In this document: piece by piece, positions 1 to 13,329 of the stretch
Layout: each line of letters begins with the position of its first letter
How positions within the stretch are numbered: the first letter of the stretch is position 1
DNA from: Felis catus
Lineage: Eukaryota
Assembly (NCBI RefSeq): GCF_018350175.1
Contig: NC_058368.1
Location: 44,642,001 to 44,706,000, forward strand
Direction of reading: 5' to 3'
DNA length: 64,000 bases
The notes under the pieces: model-generated
Databases searched by the model: none
The model's input: only the letters and a program-made list of their open reading frames with translations
What the model was told of the DNA's origin: nothing
Translations under genes and position numbers: made by a program

Positions 1-557
1 AACACAAAAACAATGTCCAATGTCATTAGTGAACAAAGGCATGAAAATTAAAAAAAAAACAATTGAGATATATTTTTTAATTATGAAGCTAGATTTTGAA
101 GGATAAGTAAGTGTACAAAAGAAGAAAGACACAAAACACAAGGAATATTGAAAATAGTATTGTGTATTTTTAAAACTGCCAAAAAATAACATTCACCTCT
201 TGTTTTTGTTTGTTTGTTTGTTTTCCACATGATAAGTTACTAAGTAAATGGTTGCATGGAAATTACTGTCAGCTCGAAATGTCTTTTTTCTTTCACAATA
301 ATAACATTTTTTACTTAATATGTGGATATTCAAAAGAAAGACTACATTTCCCGGTGGCCTACCACCAAAATTCTAGTCAATAGGTGGAAATATTATGTGG
401 CAACTTCTGGCAAAATCTTTGTCAAAGACAGATTGTACTGAAAAAAATTAAATAGACAAGAAAATCTTTATTCAAGACTGTTGCAATAAGGAAGAGATAT
501 TGAAATCAACTCCATTGATTGAAACAAAAGGCAGGAGGTTTCTTAAGCAATGGAGTC

Positions 558-753
558 ATTTTTAATATTTATTTACTTATATTTATTATTTTTGAGAAGA
601 GGGGAGGGGCAGAGAGAGAGGGAGAGAGAGAATCCTAATCACTGGGCTGACAGTGCTGAGCTCGACACGGAGCTCAATCCCAGGACCATGCGATGATGAC
701 CTGAACCAAAATCAAAACTCGGAAGCTTAACCTACTGAGCCACCCAGGTGCCC
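558..753 (-). mobile_element. CAN-SINE
   Basis: Reverse complement of the tRNA-like head (tgagccacccaggtgccc), (GA)n and T tail. Confidence 0.85.
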
Positions 754-1096
754 ATGAATGGAGTAGTTTCTAAACAATGGAGTAAGTAGTGAAAAGTGCT
801 AGAGGACAGGACTTTACTGGGGACAGGTTGATCTCTGGGATGTGTTAAGCACATTGAATCATTCCTGAATTTGCAGATACTTTTCTCTGTGATTAGGCCA
901 TCTGTGTTTCCTAACTAGTGTTCATCAAAGTTAGGTTCCTAAGCTCCCACAGATACTGGGAAATAGGGGCACTATTTTTCTTGATTGCATTTGAAAGGGA
1001 TTATCTCCAGGTCCAGGAGAAAGACATTTCTAGGTTGTAAAACTGGCTAGAGGCTGGGAAATTTATCTACGATTCAGAGGAGCAGAGGAAGAATTT

Positions 1097-1259
1097 GCAA
1101 TTAGAAGTTTTCTTTTCTTTTTTTTTGTTTTTAGTAATTGAGTTATTTATTTTCTTATTGTTGAATTTTAAGAGGTCTTTGTTTTATTTATTTTTTTTAT
1201 ATATGAAATTTATTGTCAAATTGGTTTCCATACGATCAAAAAGCAATTAGAAGTTTTCT
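1097..1259 (-). mobile_element. Extremely 5'-truncated L1 3' end with probable 3' transduction; 17-bp TSD
   Basis: TSD gcaattagaagttttct at 1097-1113 and 1243-1259; ~35 bp L1 terminus (reverse complement of gtatggaaaccaatttgacaataaatttcat), compare 58673-58702; two poly(A) tracts. Confidence 0.8.
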
Positions 1260-1703
1260 AAAGTAATTGTTCTAACAAAAGAGAAATTAGGGATTTACAG
1301 TCAGGAAAATATCTGTCTAAATTTTAATCAAGCTGAGGTAGTCTTGGTTATCCTTTAACAAAACTAAAAATGTTGATGACCTTTGCCCTTTATTAATTTC
1401 TTCTTCAATCCTGATGTCTGGGATGTAGATTATTCTTTGGACTTAGATAATATGGGATATACTTTAGTGGTAGCAGAATAGTAAGCTGAAGAGATCCTGT
1501 GTCTGTGAGGACTTTGTGGAGCAGAGAGTACTATATCAGCTCTAGACTGCATACTTCCAGATATTCTGTGTGTTTAAGCCATTGGGCGATTTGGGTCTCT
1601 GTTGCTCTCAACTGAACATAATGTAATTTACTGCTTGGTTGTTGAATTGTAGCAAATCCAAAGGGATTCCAAAATAGCTTCTTTGACCTTCACCAACAGT
1701 ATG

Positions 1704-2276
1704 TGTTCCTGAAGGTCAGAGAACTAAGAACCAAGAACCAAGAAGGTGTTGGACCCAACAATAACCATAGAAGGAGAGAAACAAGGGTGGACCCAAAAGT
1801 CAAAGGTACAGGCAAAGCTTTCTTGGGGCTACAGCCGGAGCTGAAGGGAGACACAGCGCTAACAGAGAGGAGTTAGGTGGGCCTCCTCAACAAAGGGGAG
1901 GTCCTGTGTATTTAGAGAAAGTTCTTGCTCAGGGTCCCACCCTGGTCCAATATGCTAATAAGGGAAAGAAAAAAAAATGCCTCCTCCTGATTGGTTGGAA
2001 AGGCCTCCTCCTGCTTGGTCAGAAGGGCCATATCCAGGCTGGTTGGTATTGGTGGGCAACTCCGGCAACTCCCTGGTGCTTTTTGGAGCCAGGGTCCTCA
2101 GGTTTGTGCAGCCTTTATCTTAAATCTGGCTCATATACTGGCCCGCATCCTGGTTTTGCTAAGAGAAGCAGGATAGCAGCCAACAGAAAATGCCCCAAGT
2201 GCGTAATGTTCTTCACTTGGGGCTTGTTCCCATGGCTCCTGTCAATATGAGCGCCCTTTACCTAGGAGTTCCTACA
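1704..2276 (-). mobile_element. ERV solo LTR
   Basis: GC-richer island with TG...CA termini, near-match 4-bp flanks tatg/tttg and CCAAT-like boxes. Confidence 0.65.
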
Positions 2277-3578
2277 TTTGTTTACTCTCTATTTTCACTT
2301 ACTATGTTTTGTGTGCAAGTATTTCACTTCCCCAACCTAATTCAAAGGTAATAACATTTCGTACACCTCCTAGAGGATAACGTGGTAACATAATTTACCT
2401 AGTAATAATTATTTGAAAAATTATGTCTTAATAACATCTATATTTAATAATTGTACAAATTTCTAATATATGTTTTTGTGTGAGTTTGGGAATATATCCG
2501 AGAACATGGAAGCTTGTGAATATGTAATTGTCTTTACAACATACTACATTCTAAAAAGTAAAACCAAAATACTGAGTGTACCGTGGGAGAATGGAGTACA
2601 ATATTTATTACTAATTGGTTTGATTACTGAGTGATTTGGAATAATATCAAAGTAAAAGGCAAAAAGAGAATTTTTCATACTTTAGAAATCTTTGAAGTTT
2701 TTAGCTCATCTTTTCTGGTCCCCTTTCTTCAAATAAAATTCTAGCTAATTCAGAATATAGAGAACCTCAAATTTAAAAATAATTGCCTTTCAAACTCAAG
2801 CAAATAGAAAATCTTTTCATTTTTATCATAGGTATTTTACTGAGAGCTTTAAAACCAATATTAATAATGTCAAAGTTCAGTGAAATGTAGTGCATAATAA
2901 ATATTAAACAACAAGATAATAATGATAATGATTTTTTCATTGAGGACAGCTTTTACATTTTTGATTCATATAAACTATTAACTTGAAGCCTTAATAGAGT
3001 ATTGATTACGTATAAGGGCTCTAAATAACAATAAAGAGATCCTTACAAACAAAAAACACATGAGAGAATTTCTAATTAAAGTTGTAATTTATTATTATAA
3101 AATAAATGTTATGGCTATAATTTACGATAACTACACCTGAATAACTAACTCTGATTGTGATCAATAAGTATTGACTAACAGAACTGAGTTGTTTGCAATT
3201 TTTTCCAATGAATGCAAATCAGGACACATTTATAAACACCAAAATTGTCTCCCTTTAAACAGTGCATTCTGTTAGCAAAAGTGAAGTAAATACAAAATAA
3301 AAAGAAACCAATTTAATCATTGGTTTTATTTTACATCGAATCAAATTAAATTTTAATTTAAACTGGTTTGTATATTTGCATATCTAAGAGTCAGTCTGTA
3401 TATTCAAATAAGTTTAGATGAGTAGAGTAGGGAATATGTGTTTGAAAGTGATGTCTCAAGATAGGAAGCACATTTTAAACACACTTTTGGTTGGGAATGA
3501 AAAAAAAAAAAACAAACAAACAGCTACTTCCTATTGCTAGATCACGATCAAAGTTGAGACAATCACATTAATGTTTAA

Positions 3579-3614
3579 TCCTAGTATGGAATTTATTCCT
3601 AGTATGGAATTTAT
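3579..3614. repeat. Perfect tandem duplication, 2 x 18 bp (tcctagtatggaatttat)
   Basis: Read directly. Confidence 0.9.
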
Positions 3615-6498
3615 TCATTTTTAAATGAGAATGAAGGGTGTTCTAAATATATTCATATCGCTAATTTTATCCACACATATTTATTGAGTAATCTGTCTGT
3701 TCTGAGCACTGTTCTAATGTGTTTAGGATCCTATGTTTATAAAAGTCTTAAAAGAGAGCTCAGGCCTGAATTATAGTGAAGAATAGTGGATCCAGTACTG
3801 TCTTTGGCCTCTCATAGACCAGATTTCAAAAATAAGGGCCACTGTGTGAGCTTTGCCTGTTATTTAACTTTGATAGGTCTTTGTTTCTTCTTCTGTAACA
3901 TTAGGATAATAATAATAAAATTTCAAGGCTGTTGTAAGGGCTAAATAAGATGGTATGAAAAGTGCTCATATAGGAGACAACTCAACAGATGGCAGCTCAC
4001 TGTAATTAATCATAAGTAATAATTATGCACCTTGATAAATAATTGTGAGAATTGATAAATGCATTATTGGTGGTCAAGATTTCAAGTGACCAAAATATGT
4101 GGAGACGTTGAATGGCTCTTGTCTCATTTTAATGTAGATGTTTGCGAATATTTTCTGATCAGATTCCATTTGATAGCATATGGGCACTAACACTGATAAT
4201 CCAATGTAGATAGCCTCCTCTGCAGGCAGCCATCATATTTGGTGGGCACCCTTATTGCTTCCAGAGAGTATCGCTGCATTAGCATGGCTCTATACCACTC
4301 TGAAAGGTACTACAGAACAATTGTTCTACTTTTGATAACTTATTTCTTTCAACTAGTAATGCCAACTACTGGAATTCTTAGGAGGCAAAAAGCAGTGTGG
4401 TAGTCTGTGGCTATATTGAAGAGAATGTCACTTTGCATTTAGACTTTATTCTGTTCAAGAATAATCTGAATCCTGCCACTTGTGCCTTAAAATTTTAGAA
4501 TTTTCAGTGCAGAAGTTCTTTTAATTTACAACTGTAGCCCTCACTATGAAATTGTATGATTTTCTAATTCACTGTTTAACCTACCTGTCTGAATTCTCAA
4601 ATGGTTTATCTTCAAATTTTATCAATTGTGTATGATGAATGGCTTTATTCTTTGACTATATATTCTCAAAGTGGCATCAGATAAATAGTCTCAAGTTCTC
4701 TGTTAATAAAATATCGAAAGCCACATTGTTACTCTACTTCAGACAAATGTTACCTATTACCCTATTTAAATTCTGAGACAATATGTATATATTTTGTCAG
4801 TATTTTTGGAAGACTGCTATGGAGAACATTAGACCCACAGTTACTCAATTAGAATGCAAAATCACTGCAGGTAGGATGTTTTATCTGTTTTGTTCATTGC
4901 TGTATTCCTAGCACCAAGAACAGTGCCTGGAAGACACTGAAAAAAAAGTTTTGCTGAGTGAGTGAATGAATGAATGAATGATTAAAAAAAGGAAAATTAC
5001 TAAGGAAATACTGAATACCCTATCCTAATCTTAGAGATTTGTAGTACATATTTGTATATTAAAGACAGTGGGGAATCTTGCATCAAATAAAATTATTAAT
5101 CTAGATGTTTATACTTAATATTCTACAGAAAGCTTTCAACACCTATAAAAATCAATTGAAATACATGCCCCCAAAGTAAATATACTTTGGAAAACCAAAT
5201 TGTTTACACAATTTAATTTACATAAGGTCATCAAACTGGCTAACGCTGATTTTTAATATAATATTAATATTTTGTTCATTTAGAATGTCAAATTTCAATC
5301 TTAATACAGACACATTCGGTAATGGTATTTTCTTATCCTGACAACTCAGTATTTTAGGTGGATGAAATGATTTGCTTCCCGCTACTTCCCTATCACCCTT
5401 ATTTTAAGCTGACAAGCTCGTCTGATTTTTCTTTCTTTCTCATACCAAATTGCTTGTTTCCTTCCCAAGAAATGTTGTTTCTGTTTCTGCAAAGAGATCC
5501 ATGTTCATTTAAGATTCAGTTTGCTAAAGACTTCTCCTCTGCATGGTACCCTCAGAAGAGTAGTAACAGGCACACGATTCTGTTCTTCTGAAACATCACT
5601 TAAGCAGCAGGTCCTGGCTCTTCGTTCCCATGCTGTTCTTTTTTCTTATTCCTAGGAACCTAACTGGAAACGTTACGCACAAATTGACATTGACTGGCTA
5701 CTCTGTTAGGCTTTATAATGGACTGAAAAAGAGAAGCACGCATTCTCATTCAACTGTTTCCATCCAGGGGGAAAAAAAAAGGAGATTCATTGATCCTACA
5801 GAGACAACACATCAAGCACTCAGAAAATCCAATTCACTTAAAAAATTAAAGCTGTATTGTTTGTCAGTCAATTCTTCATTTTATTCTCAGAAAAGACTTA
5901 ATACAACTACTTTGCAAGCACTCTATTCTAGTGAAAATATTTGTACATTGATACATTAAATAACGCTTCATATTTCCACTGTCTTTGTTTTTCTTTCACT
6001 TGATTTCTTATTTAAATTGTAATGAAGTAAGGAGCGAGAGGTATGTGTTTTACTTCAACAATTTGTACAAAGATTTCAAAGTCAATCAAAAGTTATTTTT
6101 TAAATAAAATTTTCCTCAAAAAACTTCCTCATATGCTTAAAAGTTCAAGTTCATTGGTTATGTCTGCTGCTGTATAAGCAGGATGGTTACAAGACTTAAG
6201 TCTTGGATATGAAACAGATTTAGCTGCTGACTGACTATATGATCTTGGTCAATATATTTACTTTCAAGCCTTGTTTTTCTTAAAGAAATGGGAACATTCA
6301 AATCTTTACAGTCCAAACAAATAGATTATGCTAATTTAACCTGAGTCATTTTTTTAGAGGGTCTTATGACAAACTTCTATAGTGAATGCTCTATATATTT
6401 TTGAATAAAATGGTTTTTTAACTATATTAATAGCACAATTAATATAATAAATTAATAGCACCAACCAATTTATTTGTTTTTACTATTAAATCATATCT

Positions 6499-6775
6499 GG
6501 GGTGCCTGGGTGGCTCAGTCGGTTAGGCGTCCGACTGTGGCTCAAGTCATGATCTCACAGTTCGTGGGTTCGAGCCCCACGTCAGGCTCTGTGCTGACAG
6601 CTCAGAGCCTGGAGCCTGCTTCGGATTCTCTCTCTTCTCCCTCTCTTTCTCCCCTCTCTCTCTTCTCCCTCTCTTTGTCTCCCTCTCTCTCTTCTTCCCC
6701 CCTCTCTGCCCCTCCCCCCCCACGCTGTCTCTCTCTCCCTCTCAAAAATAAATACACATTAAACAAATTAAAAAA
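6499..6775 (+). mobile_element. CAN-SINE (SINEC_Fc-like) with expanded CT region
   Basis: ggggtgcctgggtggctcagtcggtt head; TSD aaatcatatc. Confidence 0.9.
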
Positions 6776-8574
6776 ATCATATCCTTCATGAATTCTTAAA
6801 CATTATTTCTTTTTTTTGTATTTTGAAAAAGGAGTAAAGAATTGATATAGAAAGACTTGATTATTTTGAGGAAAGCTCAATATGCATTATGTCATACATA
6901 AAAAAAACTAGGTATTTAAGGACTCATTTGTCTTTATTGAACACTTACCACATCTTAAGCATAATTTCTATGAAATATAAATTGTGGAATACTACCAAGA
7001 AAAGGGAGTTATACCAGTATTTTGTATCACACAACACATAATGTACATCGTCACCAATTGTAATCCTTCTGTATCTTAGTATCAAAGCTAATATACAGTA
7101 ATGTCATTAAGATAATTCAGTGAAAAAAATTAGTTTTAACTGTCTTGCCTCTAATGTTATCTTCATTTGAAGATATAGATAACTAAATTTCTTTTTACAA
7201 TATCTGAATATTAAACACACAATGTCAAAATGCTAAAAATAGGTAATTTATCAAAATTAGAGATATTTATACAGAGATATATCAACACCTTGCTTTGAGA
7301 AACCTTTTGTACTGCATCTTTTTAATTCAATGTCTTTTGGTTAGTGTGATGCAGTTGGTAATTAAACTACTGATAAATTTGGGTAACATATTTTGAAAAA
7401 TATTAAAATACTGGGTAATTATGATGGTAAATTATAATTTCAGAAGAGTCTATATTTTCATTCACCTTGCTTCATATTTTATGAATTGTTTGTATACTGT
7501 AATCCATCAAATTGTTATGTTAATATGCTAACATATTAACTATATGCTAATAATTATTTGATTAAGACTTTGAGACCTTTGGGAAATACATCTCCCTATG
7601 CAAGGCACTGACAAAACGATCAACATTTGCCTGGTATGTCACTCAAAAGGGAGCGAAAGCTACTGCTTTCTTCATCAATGGGAAAATGTACAATTTCCTT
7701 TGAAAAATTGAAAAGACTGAGTCAGGTATATTTTTCTTTACTCTGAAAAGAATAATAATGTTTTTAATATTATTAAAATAAATAAAATAAAATGGTTAAT
7801 ATGGCAGATTAGTAGGGGGAACCTATGCTTGCCTCCTCCCCCAAACACAGCTAGATAAATATCAAATCATGCTGAATACCCAAGAAATTGATTTGAGGAC
7901 TGAAAAAACAAACTACACAGCTAGTGGGAGAAAAGAGGCCCAGTAGTGGAAGGGAAAAGGTGTAGAGATGTGATTCATGGGTGCTGTGGAGGGGAAGGAG
8001 CCCTGATCAGAGAAAGGGAGAGAGAGAGAGAGAGAGCAGCACACAAGGGATTGCAAAAGAAAAATACTTCCCTAAAACCATTGACTGGGAAAATGAGACG
8101 GGCTGATTATTTTGAGTTTTTACAAGCAGTAGAGCTCAAAGACTGAAGTTTTAGAAGTTTGTGTCATTGCCAGTGTGGAGCCTGGTAGGCCTAGCATGCT
8201 CCTATGAAGAAGTAGGGAAGACACCCAGGAGCAGACAGTATGGCCAGAGAATCCCTTGGGTCACAATGGGAGAGACAGTTCTCTTTTTTGGAGTGCATTT
8301 GGGAGAGGTGGCACTGCTTTTCTGGGGCAAAAGAGCTGAGGGGGTGCCATTGAGATGCTGTGTTCATTAGCATACAAGCAGAAACACCTGCTGAGGACAG
8401 CTAACCTGGACTCGGGCTTTTTACTGTGCTTTACCACAAACTCCAGGCCCCTGTGCATTCATGGGACTACCCTTCTGGGAAAAACCAGCACCAGCCACAG
8501 CATGGTGAGACCCTCCCACAGAAGATCAGTGCATATCCAAGTTGTGCCATATCGCTAAAAATTTGAAGGTGTTG

Positions 8575-8733
8575 TTGTTGTTTTACACTTATTTTTGAGA
8601 GAGCACTAGTGGGAGAAGAGGAGAGAGAGAGGGAGAGAGAGAGAATCCCAAACAGCCTCCACACTGTCAACACAGAGTCCAGTGCAAGGCTTGAACTCAC
8701 AAACCATGAAATCATGACCTGAGACAGACCAAG
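8575..8733 (-). mobile_element. Partial CAN-SINE inside the L1 5' UTR
   Basis: SINE body lacking the 5' head. Confidence 0.75.
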
Positions 8734-10266
8734 TCTACTGACCAGAGTGCTGCAAAGCTTCAACTCTACTGGACATAGGACCTAGTTTCTTTTAACAAGC
8801 AGACCAAAGTACACCTTGTCATAACTTGCCACATACTGGACAAAGTCCAAAACTCCCCACTGCAGGTAGAGAGAAACTCTGCAGAGGACTGACCTGAGAG
8901 AAAGACCAGACAAAACACAGCAGCAGAGTGCACACAGCATACACCAGAACACTTCTTGAAGCAACAGGCCCTCCATGAATAGTATATGACCACTTCCTAA
9001 TATAGCCATTACTCTCAGGAGCAGGAAACATAATAGGCTTTCCTAACACACAGAAGACAGAGACCTAGAAAAATGTCAAGACAGAGGAATTCATCTCAAA
9101 AGAAAGAACAACAAAAGGTCATAGCCAGAGATCTAATTGAAACAGACATAAGTAATGTGCCTTAGAATTTAAAATAACAATCATAAGGATACTAGCTGGG
9201 CTTGAGATAAGCATAGAAGACACCAGGCAGTCCCATACCACAGAGATAAAAGACCTAAAAACTAGTTAGGACAAAATAAAAAAGGCTATAACCAAGATGC
9301 AAAACCATCTGGATATAAATGACTACAAGGATGGAAGAATCAGAGGAATAACTAAGATATACAAGATAAAATTATGGAAAATAATAAAGTTGAAAAGAAG
9401 AGGGGAATAAAGATATTGGATCATGAGTGTAAACTTAGGGAACTCAATACACCAAAAATGCATAATAACATTCATATCAAAGGAGTCCCAGAAGAAGAAG
9501 AGAAGAAAAAGAGACAGAAATTTTATTTGAGCAAATTATAGCTGAAAATATCCCTAATCTAGGAAAGAAAACAGGCATCCAAATTCAGAAGGTACAGACA
9601 GTCCCCGTCAAAATCAATGAAAGCAGGACAAAACCAAATTTGCAAAATACAGAAATAAGGAAAAAAATGCTTACAGCAGCAAGAGAAAAGAAATCCCTAA
9701 TTGCAAGGGAAGTCAAATAGGATTAGCAGCAGATCTCTCCACAGAAACTTGACAGGACAGAAGGGAGTGGTATGATATATTCAATGTGCTGCATGGGAAA
9801 AATATGTAGCCAAGAATACTCTATCCAGCAAGACTCTCATTCACAATAGAAGGAAAGATAAAGAGTTTCTCAGAAAAACAAAAACTGAAGGAGTTGGTGG
9901 CCACTAAACCAGCCCTGCAAGAAATAGTAATGGGGACTCTGAGTGGGAAAGAAAGAACAAAAGTGACAAAGAGAAGGAACAGGGAAAATTTCCAGAAACA
10001 CCAAATGTATAGATAATACAATGGCACTAAATTCACATCTATCAATATTCACTGTGAATGCAAATGGACTAAATGCTCCAATCAAAATACACAGGATATG
10101 AGAATGGATAAAAACACAATACCCATTTATATGCTGCCTACAAGAGACCCATTTTAGACCGAAAGACACCTGCAGATTGAAAGTGAGGGAATGGAGAACC
10201 ATTTATCATGCTAATGGATGTCAAAGAAAGGTGAAGTAGCCATACTTATTTCAGAAAAACCAGATT

Positions 10267-10480
10267 AAAAAAATTGTTTAACGTTTATTTATTTTTGAGA
10301 CAGAGAGAGACAGAGCATGAATGGGGGGAGGGTCAGAAAGACAGGAAGACACAGAATCTGAAACAGGCTCCAGGCTCTGAGCTGTCAGCACAGAGCCCAA
10401 AAAGGGGCTCTCACGCACCTCGAGATCATGACTTGAGCCAAAGTCGGACACTTAACTGACTGAGCCACCCAGGCATCCCC
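10267..10480 (-). mobile_element. CAN-SINE inside L1 ORF2
   Basis: TSD agaaaaaccagatt. Confidence 0.9.
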
Positions 10481-10849
10481 AGAAAAACCAGATTTTAAAA
10501 CAAAGACTGTAACAAGAGATGAAGAAGGGCACTATATCATAATGAAAGGGCCGATCCAACAAGATCTAACAATTGTAAATATTTGTGCCCCCAACATGGA
10601 AACTCAAATATATAAATCAATTAATAACAAACATAAAGAAACTCACTTGATAACAATACAATAATAGTAAGGAACTTTAAAAACCTACTTACAACAATGG
10701 ACATATCATCTAAGCAGAAAATCAACAAGGAAGCAATGGCTTTGAATGACACATTGGACCAGATAGACTTAAATATATTCATTTCATCCTAAAGCAGCAG
10801 AATACACATACTTTTTGAGTGCACATGGAACATTCTCCAGAATAACTCA

Positions 10850-11240
10850 TATAGGGAAAAAAAGACAAAAAAGAAGAAGAAATAAAAACAGAAATCTAGG
10901 AAAAACTATCTTCTGTCATTATACCAGAATCAACTAAGATTCTCATAGGTGCATAGGATTTCTAAATGTAACAATGGCTCCTGATCTTTAACAAGGTCTC
11001 ATAGTGGTAAATCAAGACCCTGTCACCCAGGCCATTCTTAGTGAATCTGTCATGGAACCTCAGGCTCCTAATGAAGTAGATGATGATGAAGAAGGAGAAA
11101 CTGTAACAGAAGAAAGTGAGAATGAACTGGATAACTCTAAACTCTCAGTCAAATAGGAATGCAGACAGATTTCTCCCCCAACTAAGAGAATATAATTCTG
11201 ACTTAATTAAACTGTGGACTGATGTTCAGCAAAAAATGGA
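10850..11240 (+). repeat. Left arm of long inverted repeat: genomic flank plus 5' fragment of the SPICE1 pseudogene
   Basis: Reverse complement of 15440-15863; encodes [33 protein letters not shown] (SPICE1-like). Confidence 0.95.
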
Positions 11241-12055
11241 CATTTATTTAACTGTCAAAATTATGCTATTTTATACTCTATACGTAGTCATCAAAACTTC
11301 ATTTTGATATTTATTTGGGAAATATTTATCAAAATATTTATCATTTTGATATTTACTTGGGAAAAGCCAATGGACATCTGGTTATAGTGCATACTGTAGG
11401 AAGTTATAGTGCATATGTGGATTAAAAATACAATTGGTAACAAAATGATTGACCTTGCAGACTGATCTGATGCCAACCACCATGATTTCTCTGTTTCAAT
11501 ATACTGGATGAAGAGTTTTCAAATCACTTAATTTTCAGCTTAGAAAATATTTAAAACTGCTTGAAACTATTTAGGTGAGATGTTATGCACTGTACTGACA
11601 TGAGGTTAATCTGAAGAGGACAACGTTGAGATGAAAGCATTAATTTAACCTATGACTACACAACTGCATCCACCCCCAATTCAAACTATGTATTTGAACT
11701 TCTTCAAATCTACCTGGTTGGAAAGCATCTTCAAAATTGTTTTTTATTACTAAATTTTGACATACCTTCAAAATTCATATTAATGATTTGAGTAATTATA
11801 TTTTCATACCAATATATTTTTAATAAATAATTTTTAATAAATTTTAATAATAAATTTAATAAATCTTAATAAATGAATTTTTTAAATAAAGGTTTAGTTG
11901 TGACTAACCTGCCTTATCACAACTTTTGACTAAAGTTTTGGAATTCTGTAGCATGGCAATAATTGCTTGTCGAGAGCAATTAAAGAAAAAGACTTTAATG
12001 GATTATGGAATGAGTATACACACACACACTCACACACACACACACTCACATGCAC

Positions 12056-12640
12056 AGAGTTTTCTATCAATATATAACAGATTATCAAAAACTTCGGCAC
12101 TTACAACAACACCCAAGTATTATCCTATAGTTTTTGTGAGTCAGGAATCTGGGCAAATTAGCTGGACCCTCCTCCTGGGTCTCACAAGGCTGAACTTAAT
12201 GTATTAGGTGGGACGGAGATTGTCATCTGGGGCTTGAATTTTCTTCCAAGCTCATCCAGGTTATTGGAAGGATTTGGTTCCTTGTGTTTGTCTGATTGCA
12301 GGCCCCCTGCCCCATTTCCTTCTGGCTGTGAAACCTGGGCTGTTCTCAGCTCCCAGGTGGTACTCTCAGATCCTTGGTATGCACCATCCTTCATTGCTTT
12401 CTTATGTTAAAATCTCCCTAAATTCAGAAGGATGAAGACCTTTGGAAGGGCACGCTAGATTAGTACAGGCCAACTTACATAACCTTCCTTTTGATTAAGT
12501 CATCTGATTAGTAACCTAAGCAGGGCAATCTTTGTCTCACCATATTCCCAAATTATTCCTTACCTCAAGAGGAGAGTAGTCTATAGAGCACCATGTAGGA
12601 ATCAGACATCTTAAGGCTATCTCAGAATTCTGCCTATCAT
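12056..12640 (-). mobile_element. MaLR LTR (MLT1E/F/G-like)
   Basis: Characteristic gtgagtcaggaatctgggca, cttccaagctcatccaggttattggaaggatt and terminal cagaattctgcctatca. Confidence 0.75.
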
Positions 12641-13329
12641 AATATAGATGTGATATCGTAAGTCATGAAATACTAGTTACATAGGAAGTCTGCACTCTGC
12701 TTTTTACTTCACTGTGGGTTCTACTTTTCTGGAATTCATACTGGAAGATAGATTTATCTTGGCAGTCAGATCTACTTCTCTTTTGATAAATCTGCCATAG
12801 TAATATTTTGAAAATTTATATTAAATTACCAAACTCTCCCATTAAAAACACCTTCATTCATGACTCTTTATTTATTAAGATAAAGAAGGCCAGTTATCCC
12901 CAAACAAATGCAAAGTCCATATTATAGCATCACTTTCTTATGTCAGGATCTCACCTGCTCTTATCCCTATGCTTGCTCTGGACTGTGAACAGGCTGTGCT
13001 TCACCATGGAACACTGCACATGCCATTCTTTCTCCTTGGAGTGTCCCCCTTTCCTTGTTCTTCTAAGTAAATTATATTCATTCTCATTAAGCAGCATCAG
13101 TGCCTTGGAGAAAGTTCTCTGATCTCTGTACCTGTAAAATTCTATTAGTAGCTCTTTTCATAGATACTTTCTGTCTACCTGTATGATTATAGATTGTTTT
13201 CAACACTAGATTATGACTCTGTTCATTATATCATTAGAGCTTAATAATACTTTAAATGAATGATAGAATAAATCAAGGAAATAATATTGAAAGTTAAGAA
13301 ATCTTAGAGTCTCAAAGAATTTTCTGGAA

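Larger units (their letters stand above)
437..1345 (-). mobile_element. ERV1-type solo LTR (MER34-like) interrupted by a SINE and a short L1 insert
   Basis: Shares blocks in reverse complement with the LTR at ~30900-32410 (ccaggtccaggagaaagac vs gtctttctcaagggcctgg; aattagaagttttctaaagtaa vs ttactttagaaaacttgtaatt). Confidence 0.65.
260..1630 (+). mobile_element. Old MaLR LTR (MLT1J/K-like) split by the ERV1 LTR (parts ~260-436 and ~1360-1630)
   Basis: MLT1-like motifs aagactacatttccc and gtttaagccattg...gggtctctgtt. Confidence 0.5.
7794..10853 (+). mobile_element. LINE-1 (older carnivore family): 5' UTR, decayed ORF1 (ATG ~9073), start of ORF2 endonuclease (ATG ~10021); 3'-truncated
   Basis: Begins with an aatatggcag (AAGATGGCGG-like) L1 start. 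ORF2 motifs NANGLNAPIK, CCLQETHF and SAHGTFSRI are readable, with stops and frameshifts; sequence ends abruptly at ~10853. Confidence 0.9.

Noticed and set aside
1906..2250. 114-aa ORF in a GC-richer island
   Set aside because: Lies within a solo LTR, has a GTG start and shows no homology I can recognise.
6474..6791. Recurrent ORF family with AQVMISQ...GSVLTAQSLEP motifs throughout the window
   Set aside because: Translations of CAN-SINE copies, not a gene family.
10850..11240. Left arm as a twin-priming 5' inversion or an L1-SPICE1 mRNA chimera
   Set aside because: It duplicates rather than complements the pseudogene, includes non-mRNA flank, shares the pseudogene's substitutions and has no poly(A) tail.
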